A stretch of 62,594 bases of DNA, counting the filler. It is 11 parts of 11 records of this genome, joined end to end, with 100 filler letters (N's around TTAATTAATTAA, not from the genome) between each part and the next. Parts side by side here need not be neighbours in the genome. Positions count along the whole stretch, not along the records: positions 17,856 to 23,255 come from SRR31156797_79384; positions 23,356 to 28,610 come from SRR31156797_79509; positions 28,711 to 34,503 come from SRR31156797_79533; 8 more parts are not named here. One strand, written 5' to 3'. The notes under the pieces were generated by a model. It ran no database searches. It was not told where the DNA came from and was given only the letters and a program-made list of their open reading frames with translations. Below, piece after piece: positions 19,014-29,017 of this stretch; positions within the stretch are counted from its first letter, which is position 1, and each line of letters starts with the position of its first letter. The translations under genes were made by a program, and so were the position numbers.

Positions 19014-20144
19014 CTAAGCTATCTTCTCTTTTAAAGCAGAATTTTTAGTATTGGTTAGAAGTTCAGCCAATTTTTTAATGCCTCTTTCGATTTGCTCAAA
19101 AGTAGAGTTTGTAAAATTAAATCTAGCCTCATTTGAGTCTCTATTATCATGATAAAATACTTTCGCGGGCACAAATGCAATATCATTTTCAAGAGCTACT
19201 TTAGCTAATTCAAAAGAGTCTTCTTCAAAAGAACCATAAATAAACATACCACCTTTTGATCTTTCAAACTTAAAACTTGGTATATATTTTTCAAAACAGT
19301 TAGCCATAAAATTCATTTTAGATTCATATTCAGCACTAACCTCTTTGATGTGTTCAAATAGATCAAAACTTTCTATATATTCATTAATTATCATTTGGTT
19401 AAAAGTTGATGTGTGTAAATCAATTGCTTCTTTTGAAACCATTAATTGGTTTATCAATTCAATTTTTGCTCTAATCCAACCTACTCTTAATCCAGGTGCT
19501 ACAATTTTTGAAAAAGAGCCAAGATGAAAGCTTTTTTCACAATATGCACTTACAGGTTTTCTAAGTTCTCCTTGAAAATCCAATAAAGAATATGCACCAT
19601 CCTCAATCAGTACTGTGTCTTTTTTATTAATTACTTCTGCAACTTCTTCTCTTCTTTTTGCATCAATAACTCTACCTGTTGGATTTGTGAAGTCACTCAT
19701 CATATAAAATCCATTGGTATTATTTAAAGACTCTTCTAAATCAGATAACTCATCAAATGATTTAACATCAATATCTAAAACTCTGTAAGCACTTAGTGCA
19801 CCTATATATGTTGGGCTTTGTACATATAGTTCATTTTTTAGGAATGTTTTGGCAATAATGTCAAAGGCTTGTTGACTACCTGTAGTGATTAAAATCTCAT
19901 CTTTAGTTGTAGGAAAATCAAATTTTTCGGTATAAATATTAGCAATTTTTTCTCTAAGTTGTTCATAACCTTGTGATTTAGAATATTGAAGACACAAAGA
20001 GTTTTCTAAAACTTTATTTGTAGCTATTTTCAACTCTTCAACAGGAAATAGATTTTCGTTTGGCAAACCACCTGCAAATGAGATTGTTCTTTCATTAATG
20101 GCATCTAATATCTCTCTGATATAAGACCTTTGAAGCTTTTTCAT
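19014..20144 (-). CDS. PLP-dependent class I/II aminotransferase (LysN/MocR-like, no HTH)
   Basis: ISFAGGLP, ITTGSQQ, NPTG, EDGAY, GSFSKIVAPGLRVGW and GGMF. Confidence 0.9.
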   Translation of the reverse strand: MKKLQRSYIREILDAINERTISFAGGLPNENLFPVEELKIATNKVLENSLCLQYSKSQGYEQLREKIANIYTEKFDFPTTKDEILITTGSQQAFDIIAKTFLKNELYVQSPTYIGALSAYRVLDIDVKSFDELSDLEESLNNTNGFYMMSDFTNPTGRVIDAKRREEVAEVINKKDTVLIEDGAYSLLDFQGELRKPVSAYCEKSFHLGSFSKIVAPGLRVGWIRAKIELINQLMVSKEAIDLHTSTFNQMIINEYIESFDLFEHIKEVSAEYESKMNFMANCFEKYIPSFKFERSKGGMFIYGSFEEDSFELAKVALENDIAFVPAKVFYHDNRDSNEARFNFTNSTFEQIERGIKKLAELLTNTKNSALKEKIA

Positions 20145-20253
20145 CTTGCACTCCTTAAAAAATTGTGTAATTATATAAAAATAAAAAGAATTAATCTTTA
20201 TCCTAAATTACAAAAAATTTGTCTTATATTGCTTTTTTTGTTATACTTTTCTT

Positions 20254-21111
20254 ATGAAAAAAGATACTAAACATTTAAGAAATGATATTGTTAACACAAC
20301 TTTTTATTATATTTATAGAAATCTAGAGCATAAAATCACTTTAGATGAACTTGCAAAGATAAACCATGTAAGTAAATATCACTACCATAGAATAATAAAA
20401 GAAGAAACAGGAAGTACCCTTTTTGAGCTAATTACAATAGAAAGATTAAAAAAAGCTGCAAACCTTCTCATAACAAATAGATCTTCTACAATAAGCGAGA
20501 TTGCTAACAAATGTGGATATACATCACATTCATCTTTTATAAAAGCCTTCAAAAATAGATACAGTTATACTCCAATACAATGGAGAAATGGAAGTTTTAA
20601 AGAGTTTTCAAAAAATCTATTGCATAATTTTATTTCAAAAAGAGATTTTTCAACATTAGTTCCTGAGATAAAAGCGTGCAAAACAATACATTGTGCTTAT
20701 ATCAGACATAAAGGATATGACAAGTCTATTAAACAAGTTTGGGATAAGCTTTATGCAATAGCTTATGAAAGTGACATAAAAAAGTATATGCAAGTTGCAT
20801 TATTTCATGATAATCCTGTAATAACACCACTTGAAAACTGCTCTTATGTTGCCTGCATAAATGTTGATGAAAAATTCAATGCAACAAGCACTTTTAATAT
20901 ACCTGAGTCACTTTGTGCAGTTTTTTCTTTAAAGGGTATTTATGGAGATGTCTTAAATCTAATTCGTTATGTTTATCATTATTGGCTCCCAAATTCTGGG
21001 TATGAAGCAAAAACAATACCACCTTATGCAATTTATCACAAGAACTATTTTCAAACTGGAGAAAATGAGTTTGAATTAGATTTTTATGTACCTATATCAG
21101 TTGCTTATTAA
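20254..21111 (+). CDS. AraC-family regulator with C-terminal GyrI-like effector domain
   Basis: N-terminal AraC HTH (SKYHYHR...RLKKAA..L...EIA..CGY.S.SSF.KAFK); GyrI-like FHDNP.ITP...YVAC...WLP.SGY; divergent from the aminotransferase. Confidence 0.88.
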   Translation: MKKDTKHLRNDIVNTTFYYIYRNLEHKITLDELAKINHVSKYHYHRIIKEETGSTLFELITIERLKKAANLLITNRSSTISEIANKCGYTSHSSFIKAFKNRYSYTPIQWRNGSFKEFSKNLLHNFISKRDFSTLVPEIKACKTIHCAYIRHKGYDKSIKQVWDKLYAIAYESDIKKYMQVALFHDNPVITPLENCSYVACINVDEKFNATSTFNIPESLCAVFSLKGIYGDVLNLIRYVYHYWLPNSGYEAKTIPPYAIYHKNYFQTGENEFELDFYVPISVAY

Positions 21112-21337
21112 AATAAAAAATAATAATATTTATAATATATTTTAACAATAGAATAATGATATTGAATATCAAAATAAAACTCTATAAATCCCAAATAATA
21201 GGCTGAGTATTTTTTATACAGTAAAAAAATAACCTTTTTTTCAAATATTAGTTATATAAATAATAATAAATAAATCTAATAATATATTCAATAAAAAAAT
21301 AGTATAATAATGAATAATCATTTACAAAGGAAGAGAA

Positions 21338-23255
21338 GTGTTCAGCAATTTATCAATAAGAGCGAAATTACTTTCGACAGTTCTAGGCTCAATAGTTTTA
21401 ATAGCTGTCGTTATGTTAATAGAGATGACAACCTCTATAAAAAGTGAAGTTAAAACCATCTTAGAAGACAGTGAAAAGTCAGCTTTTGAGGCAAAAGAAA
21501 AAGAACTAGAAAACTATGTTTCTCTGGCTTTTAAAACAGTAGAGTCATATTATGCAAGAACTTCAAAAGATAAAATTAAATCAGAAGTTCAAAGTTATAT
21601 AAAAGAACAAGCAGATTATCTGTTTTCAATTATAAATGCTGAATATGAAAAAAACAAAGATATTCTTCCTGAAGAAGAACTAAAGAAAAGAATTATTTCT
21701 TTAATTCAAGCTACAAGATATGGGAAGTCAGGATATTTTTGGATAAATGACTTTGACTACAAAATGGTAATGCATCCAATTAAACCTGCATTAACAGGAC
21801 AATACTTTAAAGATACACCAAAAGTTCCATTCGTACAACTTGGAGCAGATGAACTTAAAAAGACTGGTAAAGATGAAGGTTATATCGAATATTCATTTTA
21901 TAATCCTAGTTCTAAAAAAACTGTATTTAAAACATCAATTGTAAAAGTTTTCAAACCATACAACTGGATTTTAGGAACTGGCGCTTATATTGATGATGTA
22001 TCAGAAAAAATGAAAGAAGAAGCACTAAAATCTATTGCTGCGATGAAATATGGTAAAAGTGGCTATTTTTGGATAAATGATTCAAATCATGTTGTTTTAT
22101 CACATGGAGCAAAAGAATCTCTAGTAGGGAAAAACCTTAAAGATTTAAAAGACAAAAAAGGGAACTTCTTATACCAAGATATTGTTAAAACAGCAAATGC
22201 TAACAAAGAAGGTGGGATTGTAAAATACTACTGGACTATTCCTGGTAAAAAAGGGGAGTTTTTAAAATTCTCTTATGTAAAAAGATTTGAACCTTGGGAT
22301 ATGATTATTGGAACAGGTGCATATGTAAATGAGCTTGAAGAAGCGATTGTTGAGATGAAAAAGAATACTGATAAAAATATAGATTCATTATTATTAACAA
22401 ATTTAATTATTATTCTTGTTATTCTTATCATAATTTCATTAATTGTTACAATAATCATGAAAAGAATTTTATTTACTCCACTTGTAAACTTCCAAGATGG
22501 GTTATTAGGTTTCTTTAAATATATAAACAAAGAGCAAAAAACAATTGAGCCTTTAGAGATTGAAGCAAATGATGAGATTGGAAAAATGGCAACAATTATC
22601 AATGAAAATATTGATAACTCTAAAAAAATAATTGAACAAGACAATAAACTAATAGAAGAAGTAAAAGATATAGTTAACCATGTAGGAGAAGGATATTTAA
22701 ATAAAAATATCACAGGAACAACAAATAATGAATCTTTAGAAGAATTAAAAGCCCTTCTAAACAATATGCTTAATAACCTTCAAAACCTTGTTGGTCAAAA
22801 TATTAACTCTTTAACTGAAGTATTAGAAGAGTATGCAAATAGAGACTTTACAAAAAATCTTAATAAAGAGACAAGCGGTAAGATTGGTGAAAGCATAATA
22901 AATATGCATACAATGATTACTAAGATTCTACAAAACAACCAAGAAGATGGTTTACTGCTAAAAAGTAAATCTGAAGAACTAAGTACAAATGTAAAAACAC
23001 TAAGTGATAATGCAACTTCTCAAGCGGCATCTTTAGAAGAAACAGCTGCTTCAATTGAAGAGATTACTGGAAATATTAGACAAACAAATGAGAAAGCTCA
23101 AGAGATGTTAAATATTTCAACAGAAACTAGAACATCTGCAAATACAGGTAAAAACCTTGCAACAAGTACTGCAAAATCAATGGATGAGATTAATGATACA
23201 GTTCTAAATATCAACGAAGCAATCACAGTTATTGACCAAATTGCATTCCAAACAA
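21338..23255 (+). CDS. Methyl-accepting chemotaxis protein with duplicated sCache domains, 3' truncated
   Basis: Two YGKSGYFWIND...W..IGTGAY modules, TM2, HAMP-like DEIGKMA, QAASLEETAAS and IDQIAFQT. Confidence 0.92.
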
Positions 23256-23355
23256 NNNNNNNNNNNNNNNNNNNNNNNNNNNNNNNNNNNNNNNNNNNNT
23301 TAATTAATTAANNNNNNNNNNNNNNNNNNNNNNNNNNNNNNNNNNNNNNNNNNNN

Positions 23356-23477
23356 CACTGGGCACTGGGCACTGGGAATGTGAGAGGTTTCTATAAATGT
23401 TATAAGATAATATTGTCTCAGCGCTAATCCTCCCTGAACTCAGAGCTTCTTCTCAGGGCTCACCCTCTCAGGGCTCA
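23356..23477. repeat. Short tandem/dispersed repeats at contig end (CACTGGG x3; CTCAGGGCTCA copies)
   Basis: Directly visible in the sequence. Confidence 0.6.
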
Positions 23478-23517
23478 GTGCATAGCTATAGGCTTTATAA
23501 TTCGGGTCACCTCTTTG

Positions 23518-23588
23518 CACCGGATTTAAATCCGGTGTTACTGAAATAAGATAAATTCAGTAACCCTGGGTTTAAACCCAGGGTTACT
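23518..23588. repeat. Pair of REP-like palindromes (REPIN/BIME-like doublet)
   Basis: Perfect palindromes CACCGGATTTAAATCCGGTG (23518-23537) and AGTAACCCTGGGTTTAAACCCAGGGTTACT (23559-23588), linked by inverted TTACTGAA/TTCAGTAA. Confidence 0.7.
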
Positions 23589-23677
23589 CAAATCATTCTC
23601 ATATCATCATCACAAAATTCATTTTTATATTTACGATTTTTTCATTAATATAGCTTCGTCTTAACACAGGAGGAATT

Positions 23678-24586
23678 ATGAGACGCTATAATGGGACTCC
23701 CATTAATAAACACATCAGTGCTATAAATCGTTTTTTTCCGTATGTCATGCCGGATCGCAACGGTTCCATGGTATATTTGGAATTGAATTTTGAAATGGAA
23801 AATGCATTGGCATATTTGGAAAAAGTGAATAAAGACCGTCCTAAAGAAGATCGGATCAAATTATTTGATCTCTTGTTGGCTGCCATACACAGAACCTATC
23901 TTGAACGTCCGCGATTAAATCGCTTCATCATCGGTAAACGCTATTATCAACGCAATGAACATATATATTTCTTTGTATCAAAAAGTGAATTGACCGATAA
24001 AGGCAAAGAACGTACAGTCGGACTGAAACTCGGCCCACGCGACGGCATTTTTGAAGTCCATAAAAAAGCCCGCGGCGATATTAAAGAAACCAAAGAGAAC
24101 GATACGAACAAAAATGACGAAAATACCTTAGATATTCTTTTTAAATTTCCACGTTGGTTTATCAGATGGTTCGCAAAATTCATCTATAAATTCATGGATA
24201 ACCGGGATATAATGCCGGAATTCTTTGCAGCGACCGATTCAATGCACGGTTCGGCTTACATTGCCAATCTCGGGTCCTTCGGTGTTGTTGACCCTCCTTA
24301 CCATCATCTTTATGATTACGGTGATATTTCATTATTTTTTGTGCTGGGTGGCTTAAGAAAAGATGCAGTCGTCGATCAGGAGACCGGTGAAATAAGCGTT
24401 AAAACACGCATGCCCGCCAAGATCACCATTGACGAACGTGTTGCAGATGGTGTTTACTTCAACAATACCTTCCACGTCATGAACGAATTCCTTCAGGATC
24501 CTACTAAATTGGAAACTTTCCCGGAAGATCAGAAAGATGCGTATCCGCATGTGAAGTATATGAGGAATGGAAAACGTAAACAGTAA
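23678..24586 (+). CDS. 2-oxoacid dehydrogenase E2-like acyltransferase catalytic domain protein (no lipoyl domain)
   Basis: RPRLNRFI.G, GSAYIANLGSFG and TIDERVADG; AGGAGG RBS. Confidence 0.75.
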   Translation: MRRYNGTPINKHISAINRFFPYVMPDRNGSMVYLELNFEMENALAYLEKVNKDRPKEDRIKLFDLLLAAIHRTYLERPRLNRFIIGKRYYQRNEHIYFFVSKSELTDKGKERTVGLKLGPRDGIFEVHKKARGDIKETKENDTNKNDENTLDILFKFPRWFIRWFAKFIYKFMDNRDIMPEFFAATDSMHGSAYIANLGSFGVVDPPYHHLYDYGDISLFFVLGGLRKDAVVDQETGEISVKTRMPAKITIDERVADGVYFNNTFHVMNEFLQDPTKLETFPEDQKDAYPHVKYMRNGKRKQ

Positions 24587-24638
24587 ACAGTGAACGGTGA
24601 ACTGTGATAAACAGTGTTCCGTAAATGGATATTATACA

Positions 24639-24670
24639 AAAACGCTCCGAGATCGGAGCGTTTTCTTTTC
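24639..24670 (+). terminator. Intrinsic terminator
   Basis: AAAACGCTCCGA-GA-TCGGAGCGTTTT followed by a T-rich tail, downstream of the E2-like gene. Confidence 0.75.
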
Positions 24671-24772
24671 GCCTTATTTATTTTGAATTAACACTCTCTT
24701 GTGTTAAAATTCTTTGTACATATTAATTTCTAAAAATCAAAACCGATATGAATTTATAAATTGGCGTGTTAG

Positions 24773-27013
24773 ATGAAAATTCTCAATGTCTTATTATTGA
24801 ATTTTGTTTGTGTTTTATCTTTGTTGGCCCAAAGCTACGGACTTCGCTTCGATGGTACAAATGATTGGGTGGATATTCCAAATTCTACTTCTTTAAATCC
24901 GGATAGTACTCTAACTATAGAAATGTGGTTCAACACGGATTATGAACTCGGATCGATACCGGAAGATTATGCATGCATTTATGACTCTGAAACAAATAAT
25001 TATGTGTTTTTCATCAGAAAATCTGACAGCACTTTGAATTTCCAAGTAGTGAATACCGAATCGGATACCTTGACCGCAAGTATAAGTGGAAGTGAAATTT
25101 CATCAGGAGAATGGTATCATATTGCCGGAGAATACAAAAGAAATCAGATCGAAAACTTTGTTCTAATATATCTGAATGGGATAAATAAGGAATCAGATGT
25201 TAAGAGTTCATTAGCAGGACAACTTAATTCCGGACAAGTAGCTACACTTGGCAGGAACGGCACATCAGCAAATTCTTATAAATTCTATGGTTATCTGGAT
25301 GAAGTCAGAGTTTGGAATGTTAAAAGAAATCAACCTAATATCCAAGAATACATGTATAAAGAATTGCAGGGAAATGAAAACGGATTGATACTTTATTACA
25401 ATATGAATAATGGCAGTGGGCAAATACTGTACGATGAGACCAATAACAATAATAATGGATCAGGATCGGTCGGTATATCAAACAGTTGGGTTGTGGAAGC
25501 CCCTTTTATTATTCCATTCTCCTCCCAACCTTCAGGAAGTGGAACAGAAATAGACCCATATCAAATAGCCGATATAGAGAATTTACTATGGATGGCGGAA
25601 GACAGTAGTCGTTGGGATAAATACTATATACAAACCACCGATATTGATGCCTCGGAAACGGAAAAATGGATCGATAATTCAGAGGACTCACCTGTGGGTT
25701 GGCCGCAAATAGATATTACCGGACCAGTATACGGTTTTAGCGGAGAGTATGACGGTCAAAGCTATGTGATAAGTGGCTTATTCCAAAATCAACCCGAGGG
25801 TAATGCCGGTTTTTTTGGATACATAGAAGATGGCAGTATCTCAAATTTGGGGCTTGAAAATATTGATATTTACGGTTCAAACTGGAATGTTGGGGGATTT
25901 TGTGGTGAGACCACAGATTCTTCAAGCATAACAAATTGTTATGTCACAGGGTCAATTGCTGATGGCACTCGATATCGAGGAGGATTTGTCGGTGATAATT
26001 GTGGTACGATAAATCAGTGTTATTCAGATTGTCTTTTCGATAATATTGGCGATTATTGTGGCGGGTTTGTAGGAAGGAATAATATTGGTGCTACTATTTC
26101 AAATTCTTACTCAAAAGGTACTGTAAGTACTACTTACAGTAGCTATATCGGAGGTTTCGTAGGATATAATTATGGTGGTACTATTAGCAATTCCTACAGC
26201 ACGGGATCAGTTTCAGGTACTTCTAATGTCGGTGGTTTTGCCGGTGGTAATTATTTCGGCACTATCACTCATTGTTTTTGGGATACTCAAACATCCGACC
26301 TTATAACATCAGAAGGCGGTTCGGGAAGAACAACATACCAAATGAAAAGCGATTCAACTTTTACCGACTCAAGCTGGGATTTTACAACGGTCTGGGACAT
26401 GGATCCCGCGATCAATGACGGCTACCCTTACCTGATCAATAATTCACCGGAAGTACCACTCCCTATTGAACTTGCAAGCTTTAGTGCTTCGACAGACCAT
26501 GGGACGGTTGAATTGCATTGGATAACTGCGTCCGAAACCGAGAATTCACATTTTCTAATCTATCGTGATACTAAGATCATCGCCCTTGTTGAGGGCGCCG
26601 GTACTACAAGCGAATCGCAAAAATATATCTTTACAGATGAGCAAGTCGTGCCTGGTTTGCACAAATATGCCCTCGCGGATGTAAGTTATGGAGGTGTTGA
26701 AATATTGCATAAATGCCTCCTCGTTGAAGTCGGCGTGAAATCTTTAGAAATGGATTTTGTATTAAATCGGCCTTATCCCAATCCATTCAATCCTGAGATA
26801 ATTATCGGCTTTTGCTTATCAAGTGCCAACTTTGTAGAAATAAATATTTACAATACACAGGGACACTTGGTGGATCAACTTCTCAGCGAACATATCAATG
26901 CTGGAAACCATGAAGTGATCTGGAATGCCGAAACTAAGTCCAGCGGTGTATACATTGTGATGATGAAGACAAACAATGTCATTCAAACGCAAAAACTTCT
27001 ATTGATGAAATAA
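24773..27013 (+). CDS. Secreted LamG-like + GLUG-repeat protein with C-terminal T9SS type A/FlgD-Ig-like sorting domain
   Basis: Signal peptide; LamG (FDGTNDWV, LTIEMW, WYHIA, GYLDEVRVWN); GSGTEIDPYQI; GGFVG repeats; PLPIELASFSA; PYPNPFNP...SGVYIV...KLLLMK. Confidence 0.85.
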   Translation: MKILNVLLLNFVCVLSLLAQSYGLRFDGTNDWVDIPNSTSLNPDSTLTIEMWFNTDYELGSIPEDYACIYDSETNNYVFFIRKSDSTLNFQVVNTESDTLTASISGSEISSGEWYHIAGEYKRNQIENFVLIYLNGINKESDVKSSLAGQLNSGQVATLGRNGTSANSYKFYGYLDEVRVWNVKRNQPNIQEYMYKELQGNENGLILYYNMNNGSGQILYDETNNNNNGSGSVGISNSWVVEAPFIIPFSSQPSGSGTEIDPYQIADIENLLWMAEDSSRWDKYYIQTTDIDASETEKWIDNSEDSPVGWPQIDITGPVYGFSGEYDGQSYVISGLFQNQPEGNAGFFGYIEDGSISNLGLENIDIYGSNWNVGGFCGETTDSSSITNCYVTGSIADGTRYRGGFVGDNCGTINQCYSDCLFDNIGDYCGGFVGRNNIGATISNSYSKGTVSTTYSSYIGGFVGYNYGGTISNSYSTGSVSGTSNVGGFAGGNYFGTITHCFWDTQTSDLITSEGGSGRTTYQMKSDSTFTDSSWDFTTVWDMDPAINDGYPYLINNSPEVPLPIELASFSASTDHGTVELHWITASETENSHFLIYRDTKIIALVEGAGTTSESQKYIFTDEQVVPGLHKYALADVSYGGVEILHKCLLVEVGVKSLEMDFVLNRPYPNPFNPEIIIGFCLSSANFVEINIYNTQGHLVDQLLSEHINAGNHEVIWNAETKSSGVYIVMMKTNNVIQTQKLLLMK

Positions 27014-27051
27014 AATGTTATACTCTCTAAAAAATAATGCAAGAATAACAT

Positions 27052-27084
27052 AAACGCCCCGAAAACGGAGCGTTTTTTATTTTT
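27052..27084. terminator. Bidirectional intrinsic terminator between convergent genes
   Basis: AAACGCCCCG-AAAA-CGGAGCGTTT followed by T-runs. Confidence 0.65.
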
Positions 27085-27097
27085 AATGTAAAATTGT

Positions 27098-28610
27098 TTA
27101 TTTCTTCGCATGCATAATAAGGGGTTTTTGCCCTTTTCTCTTGGCTTTAAAAGCCTTGATCAGGGCGTCGGCATGTTCAAAGGGAACCGTTACAAACGAA
27201 AAGTTATCCATCACACGAATATCCGTGATCTCTCTCTGTTTGATATTGGTGGTATTGATAATAAGCATTGCAAGTTTATCTGGACGCATTTTATCTTTCT
27301 TGCCCAGAGCAACAAAAAGCCGTGCTTTTCCATGTTTATCCAAATCACCACCCTTTGAAGAAAACTCTTTTACTTTTCCATAGTTACTAGGGTCAAGTTC
27401 TTCGCTGAAAGCGTAGGACAGAACAGATGCCAATATCTTAGAAGGTTTGTTCGTCTCCAACAAGATTTTTGCCCAATTGTAATAATCTGATTCGATATTA
27501 TCATCCAAGGTCAAGTTGATGTCTTCGGATATTTTTTTCTTTTTATTTTCAATGATCTCTTCAACGGTGGGAACCTGTGATCGTTTGATATTGGTTTTTG
27601 CCACACGCTGAATAAACATGAGCTTTTTATATTCACTGGGAGTAATAAAAGTAATGGCGGTACCTTCTTTTCCGGCTCTTCCGGTACGTCCGATGCGGTG
27701 AACATATGATTCAGGATCATGGGGCAAGGCAAAATTGATCACATGAGATAAGTCACTAACATCAATACCACGCGCGGCAACATCGGTTGCGACAAGAATA
27801 TTGATACTTTTTTTTCTAAATCTGCCTAGAGTGCGTTCACGCTGTGCCTGAGAGATATCACCATGAATAGCTTCAGCATCATATCCTCTGCTCAGCAGTT
27901 TGCTGACCAAATTATCGGCATCTTGTTTGGTTCTGGTAAACACCAGGCCATAAAAATGCTCTTCAAAATCAACGATCCTGCACAATGCATCAAATTTATC
28001 TGAATTCTTTACTTCAAAGTAAAGTTGTGAAGTCAGATCGGTCGTCATGTTTTCTTTTTTGGCTTTAAGTAACTCATAATTGCCCATGTAATTCTTGGCA
28101 AGATCCCTGATCCTACTCGGCATGGTCGCAGAGAACATGAGTGTGCGTTTATGAGGATTCGTATGTTTCATGATCTCTTCCATATCCTCAATAAAGCCCA
28201 TATTCATCATTTCATCGGCTTCATCTAATACAAGATGATCAATATTGCGCAAATTCAAGGTCTTGCGTTTCAGGTGGTCGATCACGCGTCCGGGTGTTCC
28301 AACGACGATATGAACGCCTTTTTTCAAACGTCTTAACTGCTGATCTATTGATTGACCGCCATAAATAGGCATGGTCCTGATCTGTTTTTCTCCCCTTAAA
28401 GAGTGGATCTCTTCAGCAACCTGGATAGCCAATTCACGAGTTGGAGTCAGAACAAGAGCCTGAACTCCGGTTCTATCCGGATCGATCAGATCCAGAATAG
28501 GAAGCCCGAATGCGGCGGTCTTACCCGTACCCGTTTGAGCTTGAGCAATAATGTTCTGTTTATTTTCCAGCATGACCGGGATGGTCATAGCCTGTATGGC
28601 TGAAGGTTCT
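27098..28610 (-). CDS. deaD: DEAD-box RNA helicase (DeaD/CshA type with DbpA RNA-binding domain), 5' truncated
   Basis: Q motif EPSAIQ upstream of the listed ATG; AQTGTGKT, PTRELA, DEAD, SAT, ARGID and HRIGRTGR. Confidence 0.92.
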
Positions 28611-28710
28611 NNNNNNNNNNNNNNNNNNNNNNNNNNNNNNNNNNNNNNNNNNNNTTAATTAATTAANNNNNNNNNNNNNNNNNNNNNNNNNNNNNNNNNN
28701 NNNNNNNNNN

Positions 28711-29017
28711 CAACATTATCCAAACTATCGTCAATGAACAATCTAATTTTCGGCACATAACGCATGATGACCTTGTTCCCGATCTCAAGACGAATACGTC
28801 CCTTGTTCGAGATGAGAGCATCCAAGCAGCGTTGGCGCAATTCAGCTTCCGGCGGATAGACGGACACAAAGATCCTTGCTTCTTTCAGGTCCTGCGTCAA
28901 TTCTACATGAGAAACGGTCAGCATGGCGCCTTTGCATTCTTCAGGTGCCGAGTGGATCAATAGATCCCCTACCGCATACCGTATCTCTTTTGCAAGTCTT
29001 TCCGCTCTTGATACCAT
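28711..29017 (-). CDS. rbfA: Ribosome-binding factor A, 3' truncated
   Basis: LTVSHVELTQDLKEARIFVS...MRYVPKIRLFIDDSL; follows infB. Confidence 0.92.

Noticed and set aside
23356-23600. Clustered repeats as a possible CRISPR array
   Set aside because: No constant repeat with unique spacers and no cas genes; better explained as REP-like palindromes and short tandem repeats.
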